DNA of 64,000 nt from the NCBI GenBank assembly GCA_041389045.1, contig JAWKSQ010000003.1:105598-169597 (forward strand), written 5' to 3'. A program made the position numbers and the translations under genes. This document shows positions 55,363-64,000 of the stretch, piece after piece. Each line of letters begins with the position of its first letter. Within the stretch, counting starts at the first letter, position 1. A model generated the notes under the pieces. It saw only the letters and a program-made list of their open reading frames with translations, was not told the DNA's origin and ran no database searches. The stretch is from Minisyncoccota bacterium (lineage in GTDB: Bacteria; Patescibacteriota; Minisyncoccia; Phycocordibacterales; UBA918).

Positions 55363-56085
55363 TTATTCTTGCATCCGGTCATAAACTCTGGCCAAGACCG
55401 GTGTCCAAATAAGCCTGTTAATACTAAAGATCATTAACATTAAGAGGATGATTCCCAAAGCTGTATAGAGCCCCTCAGTAGAATTACGTTCAAAGAAACT
55501 ACCAAGACCAACTTCTGTCTTCATGATGATTTCGGTGGCCACTAGTGCTTCCCATCCTTCCCCTAAGCCAATAATAGACCCAGTGACAATACCTGGAATA
55601 CTAGCTGGAAGTAGAAAATACCTCAGTCTCTTCCAACCTTTTAGTCCATATATTTCGGCCACTTCCCAATACTCCTTTTTAACTAGCTTTAAAGCATTAA
55701 CTGTCGAAAATAGCAGTGGCCAAATAACTGTAATAACCAAAAAGAAAATCACTGTGGTATTACTAGCCCCAAAGGTCAGTACGGCCAGTGGTACCAAAGC
55801 AAAGGTGGGAAAGCTTTGCATCACATCAAAGAGTGGTAAAGCGACGTTCGATCGTCGACCAGTTGAAAAAGCCAGGGCCAGCACCCAAGCGAGAATGACT
55901 GCAATACCATAGGCTGTCAAAAGCCTCATGATGGAATAGGAGAAGTCGACAAGTAGGGTCTCAACCGTTAGTGAAGTTAGACCAGCAAATAAAAAGAGAC
56001 ACAGCACCGGTGCAACAATGAACGAAAAAGTTATCAGGAGTTGTAATCTAGAGTGATAAATATGCGAGTGTCTCCGCAAAGTCAT
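55363..56085 (-). CDS. ABC transporter permease (binding-protein-dependent type)
   Basis: 240 aa with six TM helices, immediately upstream of the ATPase gene. Confidence 0.7.
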   Translation of the reverse strand: MTLRRHSHIYHSRLQLLITFSFIVAPVLCLFLFAGLTSLTVETLLVDFSYSIMRLLTAYGIAVILAWVLALAFSTGRRSNVALPLFDVMQSFPTFALVPLAVLTFGASNTTVIFFLVITVIWPLLFSTVNALKLVKKEYWEVAEIYGLKGWKRLRYFLLPASIPGIVTGSIIGLGEGWEALVATEIIMKTEVGLGSFFERNSTEGLYTALGIILLMLMIFSINRLIWTPVLARVYDRMQE

Positions 56086-56143
56086 AATCGAAATTATAGC
56101 ACTCAGAGACTGACTAAACGCACAAGCGTCCTAGGATAAATCA

Positions 56144-56353
56144 CTAAAAACCAGTCAAGCCAGAAGTGTAACTAGAAAAAGATCTAATTAGGGCTGGTAC
56201 CACCAAAAGCATCGCCAGCAGTGGCAGGGCCACCATTATCACAGATGACCACATGATGATAAGTAAATACTTTCTAGTCTTTTCTACAGAAGTGTAGATA
56301 GCATCAATTTTCTCATCTTGCACAGCAAACTGATTCTTTATTATTTCATCCAT
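56144..56353 (-). CDS. Small membrane protein
   Basis: 69 aa with one long hydrophobic segment. Confidence 0.3.
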   Translation of the reverse strand: MDEIIKNQFAVQDEKIDAIYTSVEKTRKYLLIIMWSSVIMVALPLLAMLLVVPALIRSFSSYTSGLTGF

Positions 56354-56372
56354 AAAATATAATAACTAAACC

Positions 56373-58397
56373 TTACTTAATAACTACCGTACCTGCACCA
56401 CCATCGATCACTACTGTCTTACCTAACATTATGTCTACTTTATCATTGGTTACCACAACTGGTAAATGTGACTCTCTGGCCATAATGGCCAAGTGAGACA
56501 ACAAGCCACCCTCTTTAGAAATAATTCCGTTCACTTGAGGAAAGTATTGCACCAAATCTGGAGACAACACGTCTACCAATAATATTTTTGACTCAACCGT
56601 GTCACTCATATTATTTAGACTAACTACAGTACCTTCAGTCACTCCACCAGATACACCGACCGACTTTACTCTGTCTTGTTTACTTTTAACAAAGCTAGCC
56701 AGATACGACGGTGTCTCAATACCTTTATGGATTGCAAAACTTAATTTTCTTTCTTGGCAAATGTCACGAACCAACTTGTCCTCCAAAATTTCATTCAAAC
56801 AAGCAAAATAAATTAATTCTTCTTCATCACCAAACACTCGCTTACCTACCTGTAAAACCTGCGTTCTCAATAAATTAACCATTAAAACAGACAGATATCT
56901 GGCCTGTTCACGTAAACCAGAGTATTTACGAGCTTTATCGATATAGGTCTTTAGTCCACGCTGTTTCCAATTAGGTAATTTTTGCCACCAGCTTTCTTCT
57001 TGAAAATTATCACTGTAGTCGCCTGAAGTTTCAAACGAAACAAAGTCTGAAGTGTCATCCAGGTTAAAAGAATTACCAATTAATCCTTTTTCATTTCCGT
57101 CTTGGTTTACACTATCACTTTTAAATAATTGGGCTATAAAGACTTTATCCTGGCCTAGATTTAGCTCTAAATTAGCTACCACTTGGGTAGCGAAAATATT
57201 GATTAGAAAGACTAATTCGTAGTATTTGTCGATAATTTGAGTGGCTTCAGATACTGAAGAAACTTTGATTGGTAAATTTGCAACAACCTTTTCAAGCTCG
57301 ATTTTTAAACTTTCGTAGTGTTTTGAGTGCGAAACTGAGTTCAAAGCAATGAAATTCCTGATGGTCGTAAAGAGACCGCCATTTAAGACAAACTTTGGTG
57401 AGGTAGTTTTGTGTTTGAGATAACTAAAGGCTGGATAAATACTTTTAATCTCTTGTTCTTTATCTACATAGAGTTCGTTAGCCAGTAGCCTGAGATTATT
57501 GGTAGAGACATAGCGTACACCAATTCTTTGATAGGCTTTCGCTACTGGTCCACCGTCTTTGTATAAGTGAGTTAATAGTGAAAAAGCAAGCGGTGTTGGA
57601 GATGAAAAGGTTTCACTAAGAGCAGTTTTTTCGTAGAAAAAACTGCTCTGCTCTTTTTGCAGCTCCTTCTCTACCAACTGCATACCTTGCCACATCTCTC
57701 CACTGAGACTAGTAATTGGACGCGTTTGCAATAAGTACACTACTCCGTCTTTTGCCAACCACTCAATATCCTGAGGAAAATTAAATTTAACTTCAAGCTC
57801 TTTAGCTTTTTTGGCTAGTTCTTTTACAAAACCCAACTCACCAGAATAAGTCTTCGTCACAGGATAAAGGAAATCCAGACGTTCTACTTTCTCACCACCC
57901 ACCACCTTATCACCCAAACCTTTTCTATATTCAAGCACCATTTCTCGACCTGCCAGTGGACTACGGGTATAGATAACACCAGCATAGTCAGGTAGGACAT
58001 ATTGCTGAATAATCACAGAGAAATTATTGTTGATGGAACCCAATTTACGGTAAGCATCTAGTACCACTTCGCGTATAGCCATTGAAAGATCCTCAGGGGT
58101 CACTTCAAGAATGGTTTTGAACTGTCCAGCATAGGAATTATTTTTACCATCTTCTACGACAGCTGCTGAACGCACAGCGTAAAGTGGCTGAGAAAACTTT
58201 TCAATAACGTAACTAGCTAAATCAGTCAACTTTTCAGTAGAAAAGTTACCTTCCCGGTCAATCAATATATTGATTTCGCTGGCCGTCAGACAGACAAAAT
58301 CCGGCACTTGGTAACCAGACTGCTTCAGTTCCAACAAATGTCTGGCCTTGCTACCTAAAACGGTATTTAATCTTATTTCGGAAATATTATTTATCAT
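56373..58397 (-). CDS. PEP/pyruvate-binding plus PEP-utilising mobile-domain enzyme (PpsA/phosphotransferase-like)
   Basis: The N-terminus has GSKARHLLELKQSGYQVPDF. The C-terminus has GGLLSHLAIMARESHLPVV, a phosphohistidine motif. The ATG at 58397 lies 1 nt after the reconstructed upstream stop; the longest ORF starts at 58448. Confidence 0.75.
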   Translation of the reverse strand: MINNISEIRLNTVLGSKARHLLELKQSGYQVPDFVCLTASEINILIDREGNFSTEKLTDLASYVIEKFSQPLYAVRSAAVVEDGKNNSYAGQFKTILEVTPEDLSMAIREVVLDAYRKLGSINNNFSVIIQQYVLPDYAGVIYTRSPLAGREMVLEYRKGLGDKVVGGEKVERLDFLYPVTKTYSGELGFVKELAKKAKELEVKFNFPQDIEWLAKDGVVYLLQTRPITSLSGEMWQGMQLVEKELQKEQSSFFYEKTALSETFSSPTPLAFSLLTHLYKDGGPVAKAYQRIGVRYVSTNNLRLLANELYVDKEQEIKSIYPAFSYLKHKTTSPKFVLNGGLFTTIRNFIALNSVSHSKHYESLKIELEKVVANLPIKVSSVSEATQIIDKYYELVFLINIFATQVVANLELNLGQDKVFIAQLFKSDSVNQDGNEKGLIGNSFNLDDTSDFVSFETSGDYSDNFQEESWWQKLPNWKQRGLKTYIDKARKYSGLREQARYLSVLMVNLLRTQVLQVGKRVFGDEEELIYFACLNEILEDKLVRDICQERKLSFAIHKGIETPSYLASFVKSKQDRVKSVGVSGGVTEGTVVSLNNMSDTVESKILLVDVLSPDLVQYFPQVNGIISKEGGLLSHLAIMARESHLPVVVTNDKVDIMLGKTVVIDGGAGTVVIK

Positions 58398-58398
58398 A

Positions 58399-59666
58399 TT
58401 ACTTAATAATTTGTACTGACCCACTAATTTTTCTTTCACCACTATCATCAGTTATTGTGCCAGACACTATCGCCCGATATCTTTTCTGAACACTATCAGA
58501 TGTCAGATATCTAACTGTCTGTAAATTAATAGTAGCCTGACCGAACTCCGGAGCAGTAATCACCCAAGCCTGTTCCGCATCATCTACTACCGAGTTTACT
58601 TTTAAGTTGGCGATAAAACTTTTTTAGTTAGCCCAGTTTCATGACTTTTCATTAGAAGCCAAGTGTGTGATTTGTACTTTGGTGAATTTGTATACACTTC
58701 AGATTGATCTATTAGGTAAAAATTATTAGCTTCATCCCATAAAGCAAATTGATAGGTGTCCGCCTTAATCTGTGTACTACCATTAAAGAATATCGACTCA
58801 CTAAAATCATTGGAATGGATACCTTCAACCATAGCCTGAACAACATATTCTTTCTCGCCATAGGCTACTACCGCCTGACCCACACTCTGGTATCTCGTGT
58901 AATCTGGTGTATTTTTAGTAATAAAGTCGCCTATTAGATCAGTCACCTTAAATGAAACTTCCACATCTTCTACCGTGACAGTGCCGAGATATTCTTCTCT
59001 AGTAGACAGATCACTAAACCTTAACTTATCCATTTGCTTAATATAAGCGCCGACTTGAGGGATACTACTTGAACTTTGACTGGACTGATAGCCACTCACC
59101 TCCTGCCCACTCACCGTTCCTTCGATAAAGTAATAGTGTAAGTAATCACCATTAGCTGTTTGCTTTCGATTCATGTCAATCTCTAAATAAAAGGGGTCGT
59201 TTTCTACTTCACCAAACAACAAAATGGTGTCGCTTCTGAATAATTTTTGATCAGTCATATCTGACCAGGCTTCCTGACTAGTAGTGGCCACAGCCTCAAT
59301 ACTTTGATACTCACTAAGCTGATTTCTGATGACTTTATCAATTCTATTATCTAAAATTTCCAGGTAATTAAGATAATTTCTATCGTTATCAATTTGTGCG
59401 TTATGGTACACACTACTAATAAGTAGCCCAAGTAAAAAAGCTAGAGTAGGCCAAATATATTTACTATACGGAGCTAAAGTTGTTAGTTTATTTCTGACCA
59501 AATAAACTAAACCACCAAACATACCAACAAAGAATAGCGAGATGAAAGCAAAAAACTGTCCCACCTGAGCCCCAACACTAACAATTAAATCTGGTGGTAA
59601 AACCGCCATAGCCGGTTTTGGTAAAGTGATAAGAATTAACAGAATAATTAAGTAAACGGTCTGCAT
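58399..59666 (-). pseudogene. Hypothetical membrane-anchored protein; frame change in an A6 run truncates about 70 C-terminal codons
   Basis: ORF 59666-58602 ends just after the run at 58620-58625. An alternative frame continues FIANLKVNSVVDDAEQAWVITAPEFGQ to the TAA at 58401-58399. Confidence 0.5.
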
Positions 59667-59737
59667 ACTTAAATAATACCAGAGTCTAAATTTAACCCTA
59701 GTTAAATTGGTGTACTGCTACCTTTTCACACCATACA

Positions 59738-59767
59738 AGCACCAAAGCCCGAAGGGCTTGGGTGCTT
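59738..59767 (-). terminator. Hairpin terminator after the repeat-protein gene
   Basis: aagcacc-aagccc-gaa-gggctt-ggtgctt with flanking A and T runs. Confidence 0.5.
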
Positions 59768-59782
59768 TTATGGTTCCCCTAA

Positions 59783-60340
59783 CTACTTCTTACTAATAGC
59801 TGATTCAATCACTTCTCTCGGAATAGCTGCACTAGCAATCAGTGCCTCACGTACAGCTGACCCAGCATCACTGCCGATCTCGTCGGCGGCATGGACCGCT
59901 CCGAGGACAGCATGTTCAGCTGCCTGACCGACATCTGTTCCAATATCCTCAGCGGCCTTAATCGCCCCTTCGACTGCTGCCACCGCTGCTCCAGCTACGT
60001 CCCCTCCAACTTCGGCGGTTCCTTTAACGACACCTGAGACCGCATCTTTTGTAGCCATACCAACATCCCCACCAACCTCTGAAACACTCTTTACTGCTGA
60101 GCTGACAATGTCAGACGCAGCTTCCACTGCGGTGCTACCAACACTTACTACTCCAGTAATAGCACCTTTAGTAACACTAGAAACTGCGCCAATAGTTGCC
60201 CCAGCCACTTGGTCTACGTCGTTCACTGTCCCAACAATGACGTCTTTAACAGTAGTACGAAGCGCATTTACTACATCACCAGTTCCCTTGATAGCTGCTA
60301 CTACTCCATCTTTAGCTTCATTAATTATTTTATCGATCAT
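59783..60340 (-). CDS. Ala/Gly/Val-rich repeat protein
   Basis: 185 aa. The C-terminal half holds four tandem ~22-residue units: EVGGDVGMATKDAVSGVVKGTA, EVGGDVAGAAVAAVEGAIKAAE, DIGTDVGQAAEHAVLGAVHAAD and EIGSDAGSAVREALIASAAIPR. Confidence 0.55.
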   Translation of the reverse strand: MIDKIINEAKDGVVAAIKGTGDVVNALRTTVKDVIVGTVNDVDQVAGATIGAVSSVTKGAITGVVSVGSTAVEAASDIVSSAVKSVSEVGGDVGMATKDAVSGVVKGTAEVGGDVAGAAVAAVEGAIKAAEDIGTDVGQAAEHAVLGAVHAADEIGSDAGSAVREALIASAAIPREVIESAISKK

Positions 60341-60425
60341 AAGGTTATTTAGTTACTTCTAACCTACTAATACTAACATATTAGAAATACTGCTATAAAT
60401 ATAGCTTTTATGCTAGGATGGCGAA

Positions 60426-61685
60426 ATGAATACTCCGTTAAAGTCAGATAATAAATACGACGTTATTGTAATTGGTGGCGGTCCATCTGGCATGATGACG
60501 GCTGTTAGAGCGTCGACGCGTGGCGCTAGAGTACTGCTTTTAGAGAAAAATCCAGATGTCGGTAAAAAACTTCTCATCACTGGTGGCGGTAGATGTAATG
60601 TCACCAATGCCGAATTTGATAACCGTAAACTTTTAGCCAATTATAAGGATGCTAGCAAATTTCTCTTTTCTGCCTTTGCCCAGCACACGGTTGAGGATTC
60701 ACTAGATTTCTTCCACTCACGAAACATGGAGACCAAGATTGAAGACAACAAACGTGTGTTCCCAGTCTCTAACTCTGCCCGGTCTGTCTATGACACTTTG
60801 AAAAATTATTTAAAAGAAAATAAAGTAACCGTCTTAAATAATGCTGAGGTAAACGAAATACTTTTCATCAAAGGTAGTATCACAGGATTATTACTTAAAA
60901 ATGGAGAAACTCTCACTGCCACTTCATACGTCCTATCTACTGGCGGTAAATCGCGTCCAGACACCGGCTCCACTGGTGACGGCTTTCGTTGGCTTCAGAC
61001 ACTGGGTCATAAAGTCATTGAACCAGATGCTTCACTAGTACCGATAGCCCTTAACGATAACTGGGTTAGTAAAGTAACTGGCACCACCTTAACTGACATA
61101 AAAATATCGATTTACCAAAATGAGAAAAAAGTGCTTACCCAAACTGGGAAGATTCTCTTCACCCATGTTGGTGTCAGTGGACCAACTATCCTAAATCTCA
61201 GTAAAACTATCGGGGAATTACTGGACTACGGATCAGCTACTATTAAACTTGATTTGTTTCCAACATTAGATGAGGCTACTCTAGATGATCAACTGATAGA
61301 ACTATTTCAAACCAGTAATAAAAAATTCAAGAATTCCCTCTCCCCACTACTACCGACCGCCTTGGCGAGCGCCTTAGTTACCTTGAGTCACATCTCACCA
61401 GAACTAGAAGCCAACAGTATTAAGAAAGACGACCGCAAAAAGTTAGTCAAACTTTTTAAAGCCTTACCATTACATGTCAAAGGCCTATTAGGAACAGACA
61501 AAGCTATCGTCACTTCAGGTGGCGTAGACCTAAAAGAAGTGAATTTTAAAACCATGCAATCACGTCTTTACCCTAATTTATATTTGGTGGGAGACGTACT
61601 GAATATCGATAGACCATCTGGCGGTTATAGTCTGCAACTCTGTTGGACCACTGGTTTCGTGGCCGGGAACTCTGTACCATTCTAG
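60426..61685 (+). CDS. HI0933/YhiN-family FAD-dependent oxidoreductase
   Basis: Contains YDVIVIGGGPSGMMTA and GKKLLITGGGRCNVTN. Confidence 0.8.
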   Translation: MNTPLKSDNKYDVIVIGGGPSGMMTAVRASTRGARVLLLEKNPDVGKKLLITGGGRCNVTNAEFDNRKLLANYKDASKFLFSAFAQHTVEDSLDFFHSRNMETKIEDNKRVFPVSNSARSVYDTLKNYLKENKVTVLNNAEVNEILFIKGSITGLLLKNGETLTATSYVLSTGGKSRPDTGSTGDGFRWLQTLGHKVIEPDASLVPIALNDNWVSKVTGTTLTDIKISIYQNEKKVLTQTGKILFTHVGVSGPTILNLSKTIGELLDYGSATIKLDLFPTLDEATLDDQLIELFQTSNKKFKNSLSPLLPTALASALVTLSHISPELEANSIKKDDRKKLVKLFKALPLHVKGLLGTDKAIVTSGGVDLKEVNFKTMQSRLYPNLYLVGDVLNIDRPSGGYSLQLCWTTGFVAGNSVPF

Positions 61686-61689
61686 TCTT

Positions 61690-61713
61690 TATAGTACGGT
61701 TAACCGTACTATA
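61690..61713. terminator. Perfect 24-nt palindrome between convergent genes
   Basis: tatagtacggtt/aaccgtactata. Confidence 0.5.
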
Positions 61714-61714
61714 A

Positions 61715-61936
61715 CTAATCTTCTAAGTACTGCTCAAACTCCGCCAAAGCTTCTTCAACTAACTCCGCTTCTTTAGGATCAATCAGTGACTTGGCGAGCT
61801 TTTGGAGTACAGTAGCAATTTCAACTCCGCTATAACCTTTATCTCTAAACTTTTCCGCCTGGGTTAAAACTTCATTATCAAAATCCGTGCTTTTTTTAAT
61901 AGCATTATAAAAAATCTTTTCAAACGGGTGAGCCAT
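61715..61936 (-). CDS. Hypothetical small protein
   Basis: 73-aa helical, acidic ORF. Confidence 0.35.
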   Translation of the reverse strand: MAHPFEKIFYNAIKKSTDFDNEVLTQAEKFRDKGYSGVEIATVLQKLAKSLIDPKEAELVEEALAEFEQYLED

Positions 61937-61950
61937 AAAAAACCAAATAC

Positions 61951-63180
61951 TTAATTCATATCAACCACTAGGGCGCCCCAGGTAAAATCCTCCGCTCCTA
62001 AACCTTCTCCAGTAACTGGATGATAATGCTCTCTAAAGCCAGACTTGGCAAGTAGAGTAAGAGTTTTCTCTTTAATAAGTTCAGCCTCAGCCTTGAACCC
62101 ATATCTCTGAAGTCCTTTATAAATAAACCAATGTGGAGCCAGCCAAATCGGTCCACGCCAAAAACCACTTTCCGGGTCGTATGACGGTTCAGTCTTAGCA
62201 GTGGAAACAATGCCAAACTCACTCAGAAATAATTTTTCATTCAGGAGATAATTATTGACCAAATCTTTGGCGTCCTGATGACTAAGGAGTCCGCCGTAAA
62301 GTGGCATAAAAATATCCCAGGTTAAAACTTCAATCGGCTTTTTGTTTTTGTGGTCATAAGATAGATAGACATCGCCAAACTTAAGTTGTTCTTTTATCTC
62401 CTTCTGCACTTGCTTAGCTCGTTTCTCAAATCGATCTGAGTCAACTCTATTATTTAAGACATAAGCTAACTCAGATAAAGCCAGCAAATCCTCGGCATAC
62501 AAAACATTAAAGGAGACATCAGCCACCCCAAAATGATGTCTCATACAAGTTTTAGCTTTAAAGTCACACACAGCATTCTTCTTCATTAAGTCTATGCGCC
62601 GATCCAGACTCTGATCAGCCGTCTGTAAGAAAGAAAGACCTAGTAGCTCATCGAAACGTGGTGAGTTGTCTTCCCCAGATTCGTCAGGATTAATTATATA
62701 AACTAGCGCATCATTATTAAAAGTCCGGTCATGATGTAGGTATTCAAAATGCCTTTTCAGCGCTTCGTAAGTATCTAAAGCAAACTGCTCATCTCCGTCT
62801 GCCTCATAAAGCCTAAGGACTGTTTGCGCTACCACCGGTGGCTGAGTCAATGAGCTTGAGCCGGGAGTTTGCCATGAAGAGTTGATAGTGTCGCCTCTAC
62901 TCTCTCTACCCCAATTTGGCACCAAATCACCTTCTCTGGTCCAATAAATCATATGTGGGAGCATCCCGGACGGTAGTGGTCTGGCGAGCACGGCCCTCAT
63001 CTCTTCCTTGGCCAATCCAATATCGAAATGGGCAAGCACAATGGCATGAAAACAAGAATCCCACAGCCACTGAAAAGGATAAAGTCCACCAGACGGAACG
63101 GTGAATTGACTTGTGTCTGTCATACGACGGTTTTTCTCCATTAACAGTCTGACAGAATCAGTGGTGATTTGGCTATCCAT
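61951..63180 (-). CDS. GH63-like (alpha/alpha)6 glycoside hydrolase (mannosyl/glucosylglycerate-hydrolase-like)
   Basis: Contains PFQWLWDSCFHAI and GPIWLAPHWF, and has the expected length. Confidence 0.6.
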   Translation of the reverse strand: MDSQITTDSVRLLMEKNRRMTDTSQFTVPSGGLYPFQWLWDSCFHAIVLAHFDIGLAKEEMRAVLARPLPSGMLPHMIYWTREGDLVPNWGRESRGDTINSSWQTPGSSSLTQPPVVAQTVLRLYEADGDEQFALDTYEALKRHFEYLHHDRTFNNDALVYIINPDESGEDNSPRFDELLGLSFLQTADQSLDRRIDLMKKNAVCDFKAKTCMRHHFGVADVSFNVLYAEDLLALSELAYVLNNRVDSDRFEKRAKQVQKEIKEQLKFGDVYLSYDHKNKKPIEVLTWDIFMPLYGGLLSHQDAKDLVNNYLLNEKLFLSEFGIVSTAKTEPSYDPESGFWRGPIWLAPHWFIYKGLQRYGFKAEAELIKEKTLTLLAKSGFREHYHPVTGEGLGAEDFTWGALVVDMN

Positions 63181-63248
63181 ACAGGCTATAACCTAATTTT
63201 AACAAACTGGGACTGAGATACTAGGTAAGGAGGTGCGTTACTTGAGAT

Positions 63249-63276
63249 TTGTCAGCGCTAAAATGTTGAGTAGAAT
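63249..63276 (+). promoter_or_regulatory. Promoter TTGTCA-16-TAGAAT placed for a leaderless mutM transcript
   Basis: The -10 ends at 63276 and the ATG is at 63283. Confidence 0.45.
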
Positions 63277-63282
63277 AGACCC

Positions 63283-64000
63283 ATGCCCGAACTACCAGAA
63301 GTCGAAACTGTTAGACTCCAACTCCTTCACAAGATTAAAGGAAAGGTTATTGATAAAGTACAAGTACTAAACACCAAATCAACTGGCAGTAACCGAAAAT
63401 TCGCCAGTCACCTGAAGGGTAAGAAAATGGCCCATATTGACCGGATCGGAAAATTGATGATTTTTAGTTTTGCTAAAGAACCAAACTTTTTCCTCCTGGC
63501 CCACCTCAAGATGACCGGGCAATTCTTTTTCGTCGATAAAAGGAAAGTTAGTGGTGGCGGACATACAACTACCAAAGCCGATACGACGAACCTGCCAAAT
63601 AAACATACAAGAATTGCTTTTTATTTTATTGATGGATCAACTCTCTTCTTCAATGACATGCGTAAGTTTGGTTACGTGAAAATTGCAAATGCCAAAGAAG
63701 TTGAACTAGCAAAAGCTAGGTTTGGTCAAGAACCAATTAGTGATGACTTTGATATAAAAACTTTTACCGCTAGTCTGAAACGACGCAAAACACCAATCAA
63801 AGCCGTTCTACTAGACCAATCATTTGTGGCTGGCCTAGGTAACATTTATGTCGATGAAGCACTCTACCTTGCAAAAGTTCGCCCAGACAGACACGCCGAC
63901 ACCATTACCGCCAAAGAAGCTAAAGCTATTGCCAAATATAGCGGTGAAATAATGAAAAAATCAATCTCTGTTGGCGGTACCACCTTTCAACACTTTGCCG
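63283..64000 (+). CDS. mutM: Formamidopyrimidine-DNA glycosylase (3' end outside window)
   Basis: It is not in the ORF track because no stop falls in the window. It translates MPELPEVETVRLQL, with FNDMRKFG and GLGNIYVDEALY. Confidence 0.85.
   Translation, partial: MPELPEVETVRLQLLHKIKGKVIDKVQVLNTKSTGSNRKFASHLKGKKMAHIDRIGKLMIFSFAKEPNFFLLAHLKMTGQFFFVDKRKVSGGGHTTTKADTTNLPNKHTRIAFYFIDGSTLFFNDMRKFGYVKIANAKEVELAKARFGQEPISDDFDIKTFTASLKRRKTPIKAVLLDQSFVAGLGNIYVDEALYLAKVRPDRHADTITAKEAKAIAKYSGEIMKKSISVGGTTFQHFA

Noticed and set aside
1-64000. CRISPR arrays, rRNA genes, transposases and integrases.
   Set aside because: No regularly spaced short direct repeats, no rRNA-like sequence, and no ORF with recombinase or transposase hallmarks was seen on either strand.

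Overview
The window looks like a small, AT-rich (about 37-40% GC by hand counts) Patescibacteria/CPR-like chromosome; that assignment is inferred from gene content only. Most genes are on the minus strand. The core genes are a truncated dcw cluster (mraZ-rsmH-ftsL-ftsI-murF) followed by a tesA/ybbA/ybbP-like lipase plus ABC exporter, then lysS, greA, mreB-mreC-mreD-pbp2, proS, rseP, frr, holB, an HTH-MurA fusion, priA-def-fmt, hpf, tRNA-Asn, padR-pspC, tspO, an ABC importer pair, a PEP-utilising enzyme, a GH63-like hydrolase and a partial mutM. The accessory content is threefold. (1) A co-directional block at 21.7-32.0 kb encodes a 1583-aa membrane-anchored coiled-coil/LysM-like giant protein and a 921-aa VirD4/TraG-like ATPase. 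(2) A decayed region at 32-36 kb holds two P-loop kinase pseudogenes, a SET-domain gene between direct repeats, and a second mreB. (3) At least six short G+C-rich (about 47-63%) promoter-to-terminator cassettes sit at the 3' ends of host genes. Three are stacked behind tRNA-Asn, separated by tRNA-3'-end-like junctions. One lies between two diverged copies of the mreB2 3' end. None has an integrase in the window. Many genes carry frameshifts (often 1-nt losses in short homopolymers) or in-frame stops, so pseudogene calls are confounded by possible assembly error. No rRNA, CRISPR array or recognisable transposase was seen.
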